DNA of 64,000 bases from Mobula hypostoma. Taxonomy: Eukaryota. Of the stretch, positions 40,636 through 54,246 are shown piece by piece. The first letter of the stretch is position 1. Each line of letters opens with the position of its first letter. The position numbers and the translations under genes were made by a program. Below the pieces are notes generated by a model. That model was given only the letters and a program-made list of their open reading frames with translations. It searched no databases and was not told the origin of the DNA. Where the stretch lies: contig NC_086097.1 of the NCBI RefSeq assembly GCF_963921235.1, positions 92,134,001-92,198,000 of the forward strand, given 5' to 3'.

Positions 40636-40909
40636 CTGAAAGAAAGTTTGCACAACCGCGTGAGACTTTGGGGCAGTGCCAAATCCTTTCACCCACAGGG
40701 CTTTGGCAGTACTTAGTGCAGTGCACGGAAGACTGAGATGGTTTATGCAATTTGGCCAACAGACACTCAGTGCACTGTCAGACAGAAGACTGGCAGTGAC
40801 GTCACAGGTTGGTGCAACGTTCGTTCCGTTCCAGAAGTAGGGCTCATGTCCAAGTCTAGCAGAAAGGGGTCTGGGAACCGAATGATGGATTTTATCACCT
40901 CTGTACAAA

Positions 40910-41345
40910 ATCAAAGTCAAAGTCAAGTTTATTGTCAGACGTGCAGGTGCAAAGGAAAAGCTGAGTTGCAGCAGCATCACAGTCAGGGAGCATCAGATAC
41001 ACAACATTCTCAGGGGAAAACATATTATATGCAATTTTTACAAGAAAGAACACAAGTTGTCAGAGTGTTGCTATACTGGTGTAGTGATTAGGATTGTGCA
41101 GGTTAGTTCAAGCAGCGAATGATTTAAGGGCAACAGCTGTTCTTGAACTTGGTGGTAGGAACTTCAGGCTTTTGTACCCCCCCCCCCCGCCCAATGGCAA
41201 TGGCAGAAGATGGCACAGTCAGGATGGAGGGGATCTTTGATGATAAATTCTGGCTTCTTGAAGCAGCTCCTCATGTAGATACTACTGATGGTAGGGAAGT
41301 AGGGAAGGCTGTGTCCGTATTGGGTTGAGTCCATTACTCCCTGCA
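40910..41345 (-). mobile_element. Rex1/Babar-type LINE 3' end
   Basis: (caaagt)n tail on +; 'ctgttcttgaacttggtggt' and 'gggatctttgatgat' match the reversed 3' ORF. Confidence 0.65.
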
Positions 41346-41501
41346 GTTGAGTTTAACTGTCCCTTGGATAAAAGCTCGAGCAGAAGAACTTAAGATGTAA
41401 TGTACATTCCTCTCCCTTCCTTTCTGCAGAATCCTTTGATATTCCTCACGATATTCCAAAGTTTACCTAATTCCAAGTGCCTTACTGCCCTCTCAAGCTA
41501 G

Positions 41502-41700
41502 CCGGTTGTGTAGTGGCACCAGCACTGGACTTCCAAGGCAAGTGGTCCTGGGTTGAAATCCAGCCAGCTCCTTGTAGGCTTGCCATCTGTGCTGGGTTGA
41601 GCATCAAGCTAGCAACTCAGCCTCGTTAAAAAAAAAAGACGAAATGCTAAAGAAATGGCAATGTTGCCACCCAATGCACCATAAGTCACCGAGAGGAGTA
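41502..41700 (+). mobile_element. tRNA-derived SINE
   Basis: A-box-like 'tgtgtagtgg', B-box-like 'ggttgaaatcc', then 'gctagcaactcagcctcgttaaaa'. Confidence 0.6.
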
Positions 41701-42406
41701 GCATAACTGCCCTCTGTTGCTAAATTATCAAATGATTGTGGGTTCAAGTACAAAATACAGTGAAAATTCTATTCTGCATACTGGTTGGTGCAGTCTTTCA
41801 TTGATCCTACTTTGGATTTATTGAGTATGCCCGCAAGAAAATTAATCTAAGGTTTGTATAAGGTGACATACATGTACTTTGCTAATAAATTTACTTTGAA
41901 CTTACACGTTATTACACAGAATGAGCCATTCAGACCACTGGGAGAATGAAGAGCTTTCCCAACAATCACATTCCCCCTTCCCTCTATGAGTGAAAAGCAC
42001 AAAATCGAAAGAATCCGAGCATATTCAGCTCAGCTCGGTGTTCATTAGCTGCAGGCCACCCTGATCAGAATGGGGGTGGGGGTAGGGAAGGGGGAGAGGG
42101 AGAGGGAGACACCAACACCTGCAGACACCTCCCTCTGTCAGCAGTGAGCAAGAAGCTGGCACACAGCGCTGAACACTTGCTCTCCTCCAGCACTCACCTC
42201 GATGATTTCAATCATCCTTGGTGCTTTAATTGGTGAGATCAGTGAGAAATGAGGTCGATCAAGGGCTCACACCCCATCTCCAGATTTCTTGGCCTTGAGG
42301 CCACACACTTGGCTTGGAGACGCCCCCGTAGACAGCAAAGAGACCAGATCATTCAACAGACCACCACCAAGATGTAGATCACGGGCCCCAACAATAGCAG
42401 AGCCAA

Positions 42407-42596
42407 AGCAGCCCACACAAAATGCTGGAGGAACTCAGCAGGCCAGTAGACGTTTCGGGCCGAGACTGAAAGGTCTCGGCCCAAAATATCGACTATTCAC
42501 TCCTTTCCACAGATGCCGCCTGGCCTGCTGAGTTCCTTCAGCATTTTGTGTGTGTTGCTTTGGATTTCCAGCATCCGCAGATTTTCTCGTGTTTGA
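42407..42596. mobile_element. Palindromic PLE pLTR remnant
   Basis: cacacaaaatgctggaggaactcagcaggcca / tggcctgctgagttccttcagcattttgtgtg; centre 'tttcgggccgagac..gtctcggcccaaaa'. Confidence 0.8.
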
Positions 42597-44232
42597 GTAG
42601 CAGGACCACATTTGAAAGAAAAAGACATAAAAGAAGTGAAAGAAGTAGTTTCTAGAGCCATCCAGAGGTTGTTGCCCTTGGTCGCGTTGTGTGCTGGTGT
42701 CACCTTCTCCGCTTCAGCCAGTGTGCTTTCTCCCTCGCATGTCCATTGGCTCCTCATAACCATTGACCTCAGCTGAAAGGTGATGAGCGTGGAAACCAGT
42801 GCGGTCACAAGGAGAACGTATAAACTTTACGCAAAGTGCACCTGAGGTCAGGATTGAACTTAGATCAGTTGAGAGTGAGGTGGAAGCTCTAACCACTGTG
42901 AAAACAAATCCATCCTCTACTTCACCGTTTGGCTGTGAGGCAAAGGTTTCATTTGCCTTTGTGACTGGAAGTGCACAATGAGAAAACGAGTATTCTGAAT
43001 GTAACGGACAGCCTGCTGGAGGAACTCAGTAGTGGAGCACCATATGTGGGGGGAAAGGAATTGTAAACGCTGCAGGTCGAAACTTTACATAGCCCTGATG
43101 CCAACATTACGGCTGTGTAGAGCTTTCAGCTGAAATGTTGACAATTCCTTTCCTCCCACGGGTGCTGCTCGACCCACTGCATTCCTTCAGCGGGTTGTCT
43201 GTTACTCCTGATTTCAGCATTTACGCCTCATTTCCCTGAAATATCCTCAATGCTCGTAGTTTCTCCGCCAGTCAATAAAACAGATTATTTATCAAAAGCA
43301 CTCTGCAGTCTGTGGTATCTTGCTATAAACAATTTTGCTACAGTAGTCTGTACTGGAAACATAAAATAATACAAATGGCTATAAAGAGTTTCTTGAGAAA
43401 TCAGAGCCGTACTGACGTCCATGCTTCTGCGATTATTCTTTCATGCGGACGAGAAAACTAGTCACACTTTCTTTCCCATATGCAGCAGGCAACACTCCAT
43501 CTATAAATGGGCCATTTTAAAAACTGTCTGAGAAAAGTTTCAGAGCTCAGCTTGGGACCTCACCTTTATGTCTTCAGCTTCCCTTATTCAAAGAGGGTCA
43601 CGACTTGTCCTCTTCATCAAACATCCTCATTATATTGGTAAGATGCCTGAGTGAATGCCACTTCAACATATATTGGCTCAATGTCATCTCTCCAAGGGGT
43701 CTCTCGCCAGTTTTCCCATGGAATAGTTTCTTACTCATCACCCCACGTGACCAAGACAGAAACCTGGCCTGAATAACACTATTCAAAGTGCTGGAGGATT
43801 TTTACAACTCACTACATAGGCCTTTAATTAACAACGCAAAGTAGAATGCACTGCCAGAGATTTGCTCTACAACCTTCACAAACCTTCCCAAATCACCAAC
43901 ACCCATTGAGATTCCTGAAAGCCTTCTTCAGCGTGCCAACATGGCATAGTGCCAGGGCCATTTTCTTATCACACTGCCACTGCCTCTTAGAGACTCAAAG
44001 AACAACACCTCACATTTTACTCAGCCCGGCTGCCAAGATCGGGTGGGCGAGTTGGTGCTGGTGAGATGGGGAGGGGAGGGCGGGTTGAATTTCTCAGTCA
44101 ACTGTTTGTGGTACCACCACTGGGCTCTATCCCTCACCCAGAATTCAGTCAAGGTGATGGATTTTCTTTTATCGGACGCACAAATTCCTCTTCTCAACCG
44201 CATGTTCCTTTCCTGCTGAGGCTACACTTTAC

Positions 44233-44332
44233 CAGTGCTTTCAAGGATGATTAATGCAGACCCCGGTAATAATGCAATCAGTGCTTGTAATAATGGAATG
44301 TTTTGTGGTTGCCTATTGCGCACTCTCTGCAT
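44233..44332 (-). CDS. ltk: Candidate first coding exon of LTK with signal-peptide-like sequence (MQRVRNRQPQNIPLLQALIALLPGSALIILEST)
   Basis: ATG at 44332 (gacATGc); basic N-region then hydrophobic core; phase-1 donor g|gtaaag fits downstream exons; possible acceptor at 44363-44365. Confidence 0.45.
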
Positions 44333-45017
44333 GTCTACACATAAATCCTTGACACAGAGAGACTGAGAGGGGAAGCGGGGCAGTGGTGGGGGGTGGGGGG
44401 TGGGGGAGGTGGAATTGGGGTGAGAGAAAGAGTCTTTTGTTGAGGCTCCTTCTGAATAATTGACAGCATGATGAATTAACCTCACAAAGGACCAACACTA
44501 AACTGCTCGCGTTTGTCCATTTCCCAGTACATTACAGATCTATTAATCCGGATCCTTCTTCCTTCTTGGAATAAAGGTTCAAATTCTGCAAAAGGCAGAG
44601 AGTGGGAGTCTCAGGCATGTTCCAAGTGTGCAAGCGTGGAAGGTGTAATGCAAGCAAATCTGTCACAAACTCTAAGAATTACTAAGCGGATCAACTATAA
44701 ATTAAATTTGGCTGAATCAAGTCAGGTTTTTTTTTTGCACCATTTGTAGGTTGATTCTCACTTCCCAAGTGGCAAAGTAACCACGATGGAGCAAGTGCTC
44801 AACAAATTATGTCGACAGGAATCTTCACTACTTCTGCAAGTGATTGAAGAAACAAGAATGTTTTTTTAATTCACTCATCTTGGCAGTTGAAGACCCTGTT
44901 GTGTTCAGATAAAAAGGCACCACTTTCATTTGCCTTCCTCCATTGTTCTCCTGTTTCCTTTCGAGAAGCCATTCAAACTCAAGCACAGGGGTAAAACCCT
45001 GAAATAGTAGCGAGAAA

Positions 45018-45975
45018 AACAACTGCTGGAGGAATTCAGTAGGCCAGAGAGTGAGTGTGTGTGTGTGTGGCGCGCGGGTGGGGGGAACAAACAGTTGATG
45101 TTTCAGGTCCAAGCCACTTCATCTGCATTGAAAGATAGAGGGGAGGTAGTCAATATAAAGAGGTGAGGTAGATGGGCAAGAGGTGGCACGTGATGTAGCC
45201 GAGATAGGCAGATGGATTCAAGTGAAGGAGGTGGGGTGGAGATAGTGATAGGTGATAGGTGGAAGCAATAAAGGCTTGCAGATTATGGAATCTGATAGGA
45301 ATGGAGGGTGGAACATGGAAACAAATAAGGGAGATGGGGAGGGCAGGTGGGAAAAATGGGGGGGGAGGGGACCAGTGTGTGGGTGATGGGCACATGGAAT
45401 GGAGATTTAGGTGGAGGAGGAAGAGAGAAAGGCGGGAAAGAAACTGGGTGTTTGGAGGAAGTGGAGGGGTTATTGGAAAGAAGGTTTTTTGGAAGGTAAC
45501 CTGGATGGATAAGGAAGAGAAAGAAATGGACAGAAGGGGGAGCAGGTTATCTTAAAATAGAGAATTCAGTGTTCAAGCAGTCATGTTGTAGACTACCCAG
45601 GCAGAATATGAGATGCTGTTGCTCTAATGTGCAATTTGTCTCATTCTTGCAGTAGAGGAGGTCAAAGATAGACAGATTGGAATGGGGATGGGGAGGGGAA
45701 TTAAAATGTCTAGCAACCGGATTGTGCAAATGAAAGTTTGGCTATAAAACAGCTTTCAGTAGATTCTTTCTTCCCCGCTCTTGATCTTTCCCACCCACCT
45801 AGCTTCACCTTTTAAGTCAGACATCTCCCTTCCTTCCCTCTCAGTCCTAAAGAAGTGTCTTGGCCCATAATGTCGACAACTTACTCTTTTCCGTAGATGC
45901 TGACTGACCTGCTGAGTTCCTCCAGCATTTTGTGCCTGTTGCTTTGGATTTCCAGCTTCTACAGATTTTCTTTTG
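45018..45975. mobile_element. Old PLE: minus-strand GIY-YIG tail plus pLTR, followed by an inverted pLTR
   Basis: ORF 45547-45729 'PVARHFNSPPHPHSNLSIFDLLYC..LEQQHLIFCLGSLQ' is homologous to 52656-53399; + strand pLTR at 45840-45975. Confidence 0.8.
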
Positions 45976-48900
45976 TTCAGTAAGTAGAGGATGGACTTCC
46001 TTTTCTCCATTCAGTCATAAAATCAGTACAGTACGTATTGCACTCCTCCGGGGCAAAGATTGTGTTATCCTGCACACAGTCACACCCCTCAGACCACTAC
46101 TGTTGTCCTGTACACAATCACATACCCCCAGATCACTATAGTCACTGTACACAACCACACATCCCAAATCACTACTGTTATCTTGTACACAGGCACACAC
46201 CCCCTAAATCATTAGTAATCTTGTACACAGTCACATTTCCCAAATCACAAGTAATCCTGTACACGGTCACATTCCCGAAAATCAGGAGTAACCCTGTACA
46301 CAGTCACTCTCCCCTAAATCACTAGTAATCCTGTACAGAGTCAGTCCCCCCAAATCACTAGTAATCCTGGACACAGACACACAGAACCCTCCCCCCCAGT
46401 CACTAGTAATCCTGCACACAGTCACATTCCCCAAATCACTAGTAATTCTGTACACAGACACACACACCCAAATCACGAGTAATCCTGTAGACAGTCACAT
46501 CCTTCCAAATTACATGTTAACCTGTACACAGTCACATCCCCCAAGTCACTAGTAATCCTGTACACAGTCACATCCCCCAAATCATTAGTAATCCTGTAGT
46601 CACACTCACAAATCACTAGTAAACCTGTACACAGTGACATTTCCCCCAAATCACTAGTAATCCTGTATGTCATATCTCCCCAAATCACTAGATATCCTGT
46701 ACACAGTCACACTCCCCCCAAATCACTACTAATCCTACACACAGTCACATTCACCCAAATCACTAGTAATGCTGTACAGAGTCACACTCACCCAGATCAC
46801 TAGTAATCCTGTATACAGTCACACACACATATATCACAAGTACTGCCGTACACAGTCACATCACCCGAAATAATAAATAATTCTGTACATAGTCACATCC
46901 CCCCAAATCACTAGTAATCCTATACAAAGTCACACTTTCCCAAATCATTAGAAATCCTATAAAAAGTCACATTCCCCCAAATCAGCAGTAATCCTCCACA
47001 TAGATACAGCCCCCCAAATCACTAGTAATCCTGTACACCATCACATCTCGCCAAATCAGTACTAATCCTATACACAGTCACGTTCCCCAAATCACAAGTA
47101 ATTATGTACACAGTCAAACCCTCCTAAATCACTAGTGATCCTGTACACAGTCACACCCCATCGAATCACTAGCATTCCTGTACACAGTCACATTCCCCCA
47201 AATCACTAGTAACCCTGTGCACAGTCACACTCCCCCCAAATCACCAGTAATCCTGCACACAGTCACATTCCCCCAAATCACTAGAAATCCTGTACAGTCA
47301 CACTCCCACAAATCACTAGTAAACCTGTACACAGTGACATTCCCCCCAAATTACTACCAATCCTGTAGACAGTCATACTCCTCCCAAATTACTAGTATTC
47401 CTGTACACAGTCACATCTCACCAAATCACTAGTAATCTTGTACACTGGCACATCTCCCCATATCACTAGTAATCCTGTACACAGTCACACTCCTCCAATC
47501 ACTAGTAATCCTTTACACAGTCACAACCCTGAAATCACTAGTAATACTGTACACCCTCACACACCAAAATTACTAGTATGCCTGTAAACAGTCACATTCC
47601 CCCAAATCACTAGTAATCCTGTGCTCAATCACACCCCCCTAAATCGCTATTCATCATGTACACAGTCACATTCTGCCCAAATCACTACTAATCAGGTACA
47701 CAGTCACACTCCCCCCAAATCACTAGTAATCCTGTACAGTCACATTCCCAGCAAATCACTACTAATCCTGTACACAGCCACATTCCCCCCAAATCACCAG
47801 TAATCCTGTATACAGTTAAACTCCCCCAAATCACTAGTAATCTTGAACACAGTATCACTCTCCCAAATCTCTATTAATCATGCACACAGTCACATTCCCC
47901 CAAATCACTAGTAATCCAGTGCACAGTCACACTCCCCCAATTCACAAGTAATCCTGTACACAGTCACAACCACCCAATTCACAAGTAATACTGTACAGTC
48001 ACACACCCACAAATCTCAATTAATACTATACAGAGTCACACTCCCCAAATCACTAGTAATCCTATACACAGTCACACTTCTTCCCCAAATCACTAGTAAG
48101 CATGTACACAGTCACATTCCCCTGAAATCACTAGTAATCCTGTGCAGTCACATCCCGCAAATCATGAGTAATCCTGTACACAGTCACGTCCCCCCAAAAT
48201 CACCAGTTATCCTGTACATGGTCACATCCCACCAATTCACTCATATTCCTTTCCAAAGTCACACACCCTCAAATCACTAGTAATCCTGTACACAATCACA
48301 CTCACTCCAAATCACTAGGAATCCTTTACACAATAACACCACTTCAAATTAAAAGTAATCCTGTACACAGTCACACACCCTCAAATCACAAGTAAGCCTA
48401 TAAACTGTCACAATCTACCCAAATCACTAGTAATTCTGTGCACAGTCACACCCCCTAAATCACTATTAATCATACACACTGTCACATTCCACCCAAATCA
48501 CTGCAAATCCAGTAGACAGTCACACTCTCACCAAATCACAAATAATCCTGCACACAGCCACATCCCACCAAATTACTAGTACTCCTGTACACTGTCACAC
48601 TCCCCCAAAATCACAAGTCATCTTGTACACAGTCACATTCCCTACAAATCACCAGTAATCCTGTATACAGTCATATCACCCAAAATCATGAGTAATCCTG
48701 TACACAGTCACATCATCCAAAATCATGAGTAATCCTGCATACAGTCACACCCCCTCCAAATCACTAATAATCCTGACAACTGTCACACTCTGCTAAATCA
48801 TGAGTAACCCTATACACAGTCACATCCCTCCAAATCACAAGTAATCCTTTACAGTCACCCACCACCGAATCACTAGTATTCCTGTACGTAGTCACATCCC

Positions 48901-51900
48901 CCCAAATCACTAGTATCCTGCAGTCACATTCCTACAAATCACTAGTAATCCTCTACACAGTCACATTCCACCAAATCACTCATAATCCTGTCCCCAAATC
49001 ACTAGTAATCCTGTACAAAGTCACATACCCCCCAAATCATGAGTAATCCTGTACACAGTCACATCCCCCAAAATCACAAGTAATCCTGTACACAGCCACA
49101 TCCCACCAAATCATTAGTACTCCTGTACACTATCACACTCCCCCAAATCACTGGTAATCATGTACAGAGTCACATCCCCCCAAATCACAAGTAATCCTTT
49201 ACACAGTCACATACACCTCCAAATCACTAGTAATCCTGTACACAATTGCATTCCCCAAATCACAAGTAATTATGTACACAGTCACACTCCCCCAAATCAC
49301 TAGTAATTCTGTACGCAGTCACATTACCACAAATCACTAGTAATCCTGTACACAGTCACATTCCCCCAAATCACTAGTGATCATGTACACAGACATACTG
49401 ACCCAAATCACTAGCAATCCTGTACAAATTCATATCCCCAAAAATCACTAGCAATCCTGTAGACAGTCAAATCCCCCCAAGTCACTCATAACCCTGTCCA
49501 CAGTCACACACCTCCAAATCACTAGTAATACTGCACACCATCACACTTTGTTCAAATCACTAGGAATCCTTTACACAGTCACTTTCCCCCCAAATCACTG
49601 GTAATCCTGTACAGAGTCACACTCCCCGAAATCACTGGAAATCCTGTACACAATCACACTCCCTCCAAATCACTAGGAATCCTTTACACAATGACACCAC
49701 TTCAAATCACTAGTAATCCTGTACACAGTCACACACCCCCAAATCACAAGTAAGCCTATAAACCATCACAATCTACACAAAATCACTAGTAATTCTGTGC
49801 ACAGTCACACCAACCAAATCACTGCAAATCCAGTAGACAGTCACACTCTCACCAAATCACGAGTAATCTTGTACACAGCCACATCCCACCACATTACTAG
49901 TACTCCTGTACACTGTCACACTCCCCAAATCATTAGTAATCCTATACAGTCACATCCCCCCCAAATCGCTAGTAATCCTTTACACAGTCACAAACCCCCA
50001 AAATCACAAGTCATCATGTACACAGTCACACACCACCGAATCACTAGTATTCATGTACGTAGTTAAATCCCCCCAAATCACTAGTATCCTGCAGTCACAT
50101 TCCCACAAATCACTAGTAATCCTGTAAACAGTCACACTCTCTCCAAATCACTAGTAATCCTGTACAAGGTCACATACCCCCCAAATTACTAGTGAACCTG
50201 CACACAGTCACATCACCTCAAATCACTGGTAGTTCTGTACACAGTCACACTACACTAAATCACTATTAATCATGTACACAGTCAGGTTCCACCCAAATCA
50301 CTACTAATGCAGTAGACAGTCACACTCCCCGCAAATCACGAGTAATCCTGTACAGAGCCACATCCCACCAAAACACTAATAATACTCTTCACAGTCACAA
50401 ATCCCCCAAATCACTAGTAATTCTGTACACAGTCACATTCTCCAAATCATTAGTAATCCTGACAACATTCACACTCCTGCAAATCACTAGTAATCCTACA
50501 CACAATCACATCCCCAAAAATCACGAGTAATCCTGTACAGTCACACACCTCCGAATCACTACTATTCCTGTACGTAGTCACATCCCCCTAAATCACTAGT
50601 ATCCTGCAGTCACATTCCTACAAATCACTAGTAATCCTCTACACAGTCACACTCCCCCAAAGTGACTGGTAATCCTGCATGCTGTCACATCCACCAAATC
50701 TCTAGTAATCCTGTACACAGTCATATCCCCTCAAACTACTAGTAATCCTTTACACACTCACATCCCTCTAAATCACTTATAATCCTGTCCACAGTCATAC
50801 ACACTAAAATCACCAGTCATACTGTAGACAGTCACAATTGCCCAAATCACAAATAATCCAGTACACAGTCACACTCACACAAAATTAGTAGTACTCCTGT
50901 ACAAAATTACACCCCCCCAAATCACTCGTAATCCTGTATGCAGTCAGAACCACCAAATCACTAGTAACCCTGTACACAGTCACATTCCCCCCAATCACTA
51001 GTAATCCTCTACACAGTCACACTCCCCCAAAGTGACTGGTAATCCTGCACACTGTCACATTCACCAAATCTCTAGCAATCCTGTAAACAGTCAAATCCCC
51101 CCAAATCACAAGTAATCCTGTACACAGTCGTATCCCCCCAAACCACTAGTAATCCTTTACACAATGACATTGCTCCAAATCACTCATAATCCTGTCCACA
51201 GTCATACAAACTAAAATCACCGGTCATATTGTAGACAGTCTCGATCACCCAAATCACAACTAATCCAGTACACAGTCACACTTCCACAAAATTAGTAGTA
51301 CTCCTGTACAAAATCACCCCCCAAATCACTTGTAATCCTGTATGCAGTCACAACCACCAAATCACTAGTAATCCTATACACAGTCACAACTCATAAATCA
51401 CTAGTAATCCTGTACACAGTCATATCTACCCAAATCACGAGTACTCCTGTACGCAGTCACATCCACCAAATCACTAATAATCATGTACACAGTCACGTTC
51501 ACCCAACTCACTAGTAATCCTGTACACAGTCACGTTCCCCCAACTCACTAGTAATCCTGTACAGTCACAATCCCCCAAATCACTAGTAATCCAGTACGCA
51601 GTCACATTTCCCCAAATCACTAGTAATCCTGTACAGAGTCACATCCCCCCAAATCACAAGCAATCCTTTACACAGTCACAAACCCCCCAATCACAGTAAT
51701 GCTGTACAGTCACATTCCCCCAAATCACTAGTAATCCTGACATCAGTCACACTCCTTCAAATCAATAGTAATCCTGTATACAGTCACACTCCTCCAAAAT
51801 CACTAGTAATCCTGTACACAGTCACATTCCCCCAAATCACTAGTAATCCTGACATCAGTCACACTCCTTCAAATCAATAGTAATCCTGTATACAGTCACA

Positions 51901-52326
51901 CTCCTCCAAAATCACTAGTAATCCTGTACACAGTCACACTCCCCCAAATCAATAGTAATCCTGAACACAGTCATATCCCCCGAAATCACGAGTACTCCTG
52001 TACACAGTCACATTCCTCCAAATCACTAGTAATCTTGTATACAGTCACATTCCCACAAATCACTAGTAATACCATACAGAGTCACATTCCCCAAAATCAC
52101 CAGTAACCCTATACACAGTCACATCCCCCAAAATCACTAGTAAGCCTGTAAACAGTCACACTCTCCCCAAATCACTAGTAATTTTGTGCACAGTCACACC
52201 TCCCTAAATCAGTATTAATCATGTACACAAACAACAGGAATTCTGCAGATGCTGGAAATTCAAGCAACATACATCAAAGTTGCTGGTGAACGCAGCAGGC
52301 CAAGCAGCATCTATAGGAAGAGGCGC

Positions 52327-52362
52327 AGTCAACGTTTCAGGCCGAGACCCTTCGTCAGGACT
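52327..52362 (-). ncRNA. Minimal hammerhead ribozyme motif (GUU cleavage triplet)
   Basis: Minus AGUC-CUGACGA-AGGGUCUCGGCCU-GAAAC-GUU-GACU. Confidence 0.75.
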
Positions 52363-52655
52363 AACTGAAGGAAGAGTGAGTAAGGGATTTGAAAGCTGGA
52401 GGGGGAGGGGGAGATGCAAAATGATAGGAGAAGACAGGAGGGGGAGGGATAGAGCCGAGAGCTGGACAGGTGATAGGCAAAAGGGGATACGAGAGGATCA
52501 TGGGACAGGAGGCCTAGGGAGAAAGACCGGGGGGGGGTGACCCAGAGGATGGGCAAGAGGTATATTCAGAGGGACAGAGGGAGAAAAAGGAGAGTGAGAG
52601 AAAGAATGTGTGCATAAAAATGAGTAACAGCTGGGGTACGAGGGGGAGGTGGGGC

Positions 52656-53399
52656 CTAGCGGAAGTTAGAGAAGTCAATGTTCATGCCATCAGGTTGGAG
52701 GCTACCCAGACGGAATATAAGGTGTTGTTCCTCCAACCTGAGTGTGGCTTCATCTTTACAGTAGAGGAGGCCGTGGATAGACATGTCAGAATGGGAATGG
52801 GATGTGGAATTAAAATGTGTGGCCACTGGGAGATCCTGCTTTCTCTGGCGGACAGAGCGTAGATGTTCAGCAAAGCGGTCTCCCAGTCTGCGTCGGGTCT
52901 CACCAATATATAAAAGGCCACATCGGGAACACCGGACGCAGTATATCACCCCAGTCGACTCACAGGTGAAGTGATGCCTCACCTGGAAGGACTGTTTGGG
53001 GCCCTGAATGGTGGTAAGGGAGGAAGTGTAAGGGCATGTGTAGCACTTGTTCCGCTTACACGGATAAGTGCCAGGAGGGAGATCAGTGGGGAGGGATGGG
53101 GGGGACGAATGGACAAGGGAGTTGTGTAGGGAGCGATCCCTGCGGAATGCAGAGAGAGGGGGGGAGGGAAAGATGTGCTTAGTGGTGGGATCCCGTAGGA
53201 GGTGGCGGAAGTTACGGAGAATAATATGTTGGACCCGGAGGCTGGTGGGGTGGTAGGTGAGGACCAGGGGAACCCTATTCCTAGTGGGGTGGTGGGAGGA
53301 TGGAGTGAGAGCAGATGTACGTGAAATGGAGGAGATGCGTTTAAGAGCAGAGTCGATAGTGGAGGAAGGGAAGCCCCTTTCTTTAAAAAATGGAGACAT
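52656..53399 (-). pseudogene. PLE ORF C-terminal part: linker plus GIY-YIG endonuclease (5'-truncated, no RT core)
   Basis: 'PLVLTYHP', C-x4-C-x2-C, 'VIYCVRCSRCGLLYIGETRRRLGDRFAEH', 'PVATHF', 'GMN'. Confidence 0.92.
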
Positions 53400-54016
53400 C
53401 TCTCTCGTCCTAGAATGAAAAGCCTCATCCTGAGAGCAGATGCGGCAGAGATGGTCCTAGAATGAAAAGCCTCATCCTGAGAGCAGATGCGGCGGAGACG
53501 GTCCTTTGCTGAACATCTACGCTCTGTCCGCCAGAGAAAGCAGGATCTCCCAGTGGCCACACATTTTAATTCCACATCCCATTCCCATTCTGACATGTCT
53601 ATCCACGGCCTCCTCTACTGTAAAGATGAAGCCACACTCAGGTTGGAGGAACAACACCTTATATTCCGTCTGGGTAGCCTCCAACCTGATGGCATGAACA
53701 TTGACTTCTCTAACTTCCGCTAGGCCCCACCTCCCCCTCGTACCCCAGCTGTTACTCATTTTTATGCACACATTCTTTCTCTCACTCTCCTTTTTCTCCC
53801 TCTGTCCCTCTGAATATACCTCTTGCCCATCCTCTGGGTCACCCCCCCCCGGTCTTTCTCCCTAGGCCTCCTGTCCCATGATCCTCTCGTATCCCCTTTT
53901 GCCTATCACCTGTCCAGCTCTCGGCTCTATCCCTCCCCCTCCTGTCTTCTCCTATCATTTTGCATCTCCCCCTCCCCCTCCAGCTTTCAAATCCCTTACT
54001 CACTCTTCCTTCAGTT

Positions 54017-54052
54017 AGTCCTGACGAAGGGTCTCGGCCTGAAACGTCGACT
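54017..54052 (+). ncRNA. Minimal hammerhead ribozyme motif (GUC cleavage triplet)
   Basis: agtc CTGACGA agggtctcggcct GAAA cGTC gact. Confidence 0.8.
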
Positions 54053-54246
54053 GCGCCTCTTCCTATAGATGCTGCTTGGCCTGCTGCGTTCACCAGCAAC
54101 TTTGATGTGTGTTGCTTAATCATGTACACAATCACATTCCACCCAAATACTACTAATCCAGTAGACAGTCACACTACCCCCAAATCACGCTTAATCCTGT
54201 ACACAGCCACATTCCCCCAAATCATAAGTAATCGTGTACACAGTCA

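Larger units (their letters stand above)
52231..54115. mobile_element. Fold-back Penelope-like element with 16-bp TSD
   Basis: ttaatcatgtacacaa at 52215-52230 and 54116-54131; ~610-bp near-perfect inverted arms. Confidence 0.95.

Noticed and set aside
42704..42772. Candidate exon with acceptor cctttcag| and donor |gtgac
   Set aside because: The phase-1 frame hits a TGA stop and the donor is weak; no ALK/LTK similarity
43564..43646. Candidate exon with donor aag|gtgagg
   Set aside because: Stops in all three minus-strand frames
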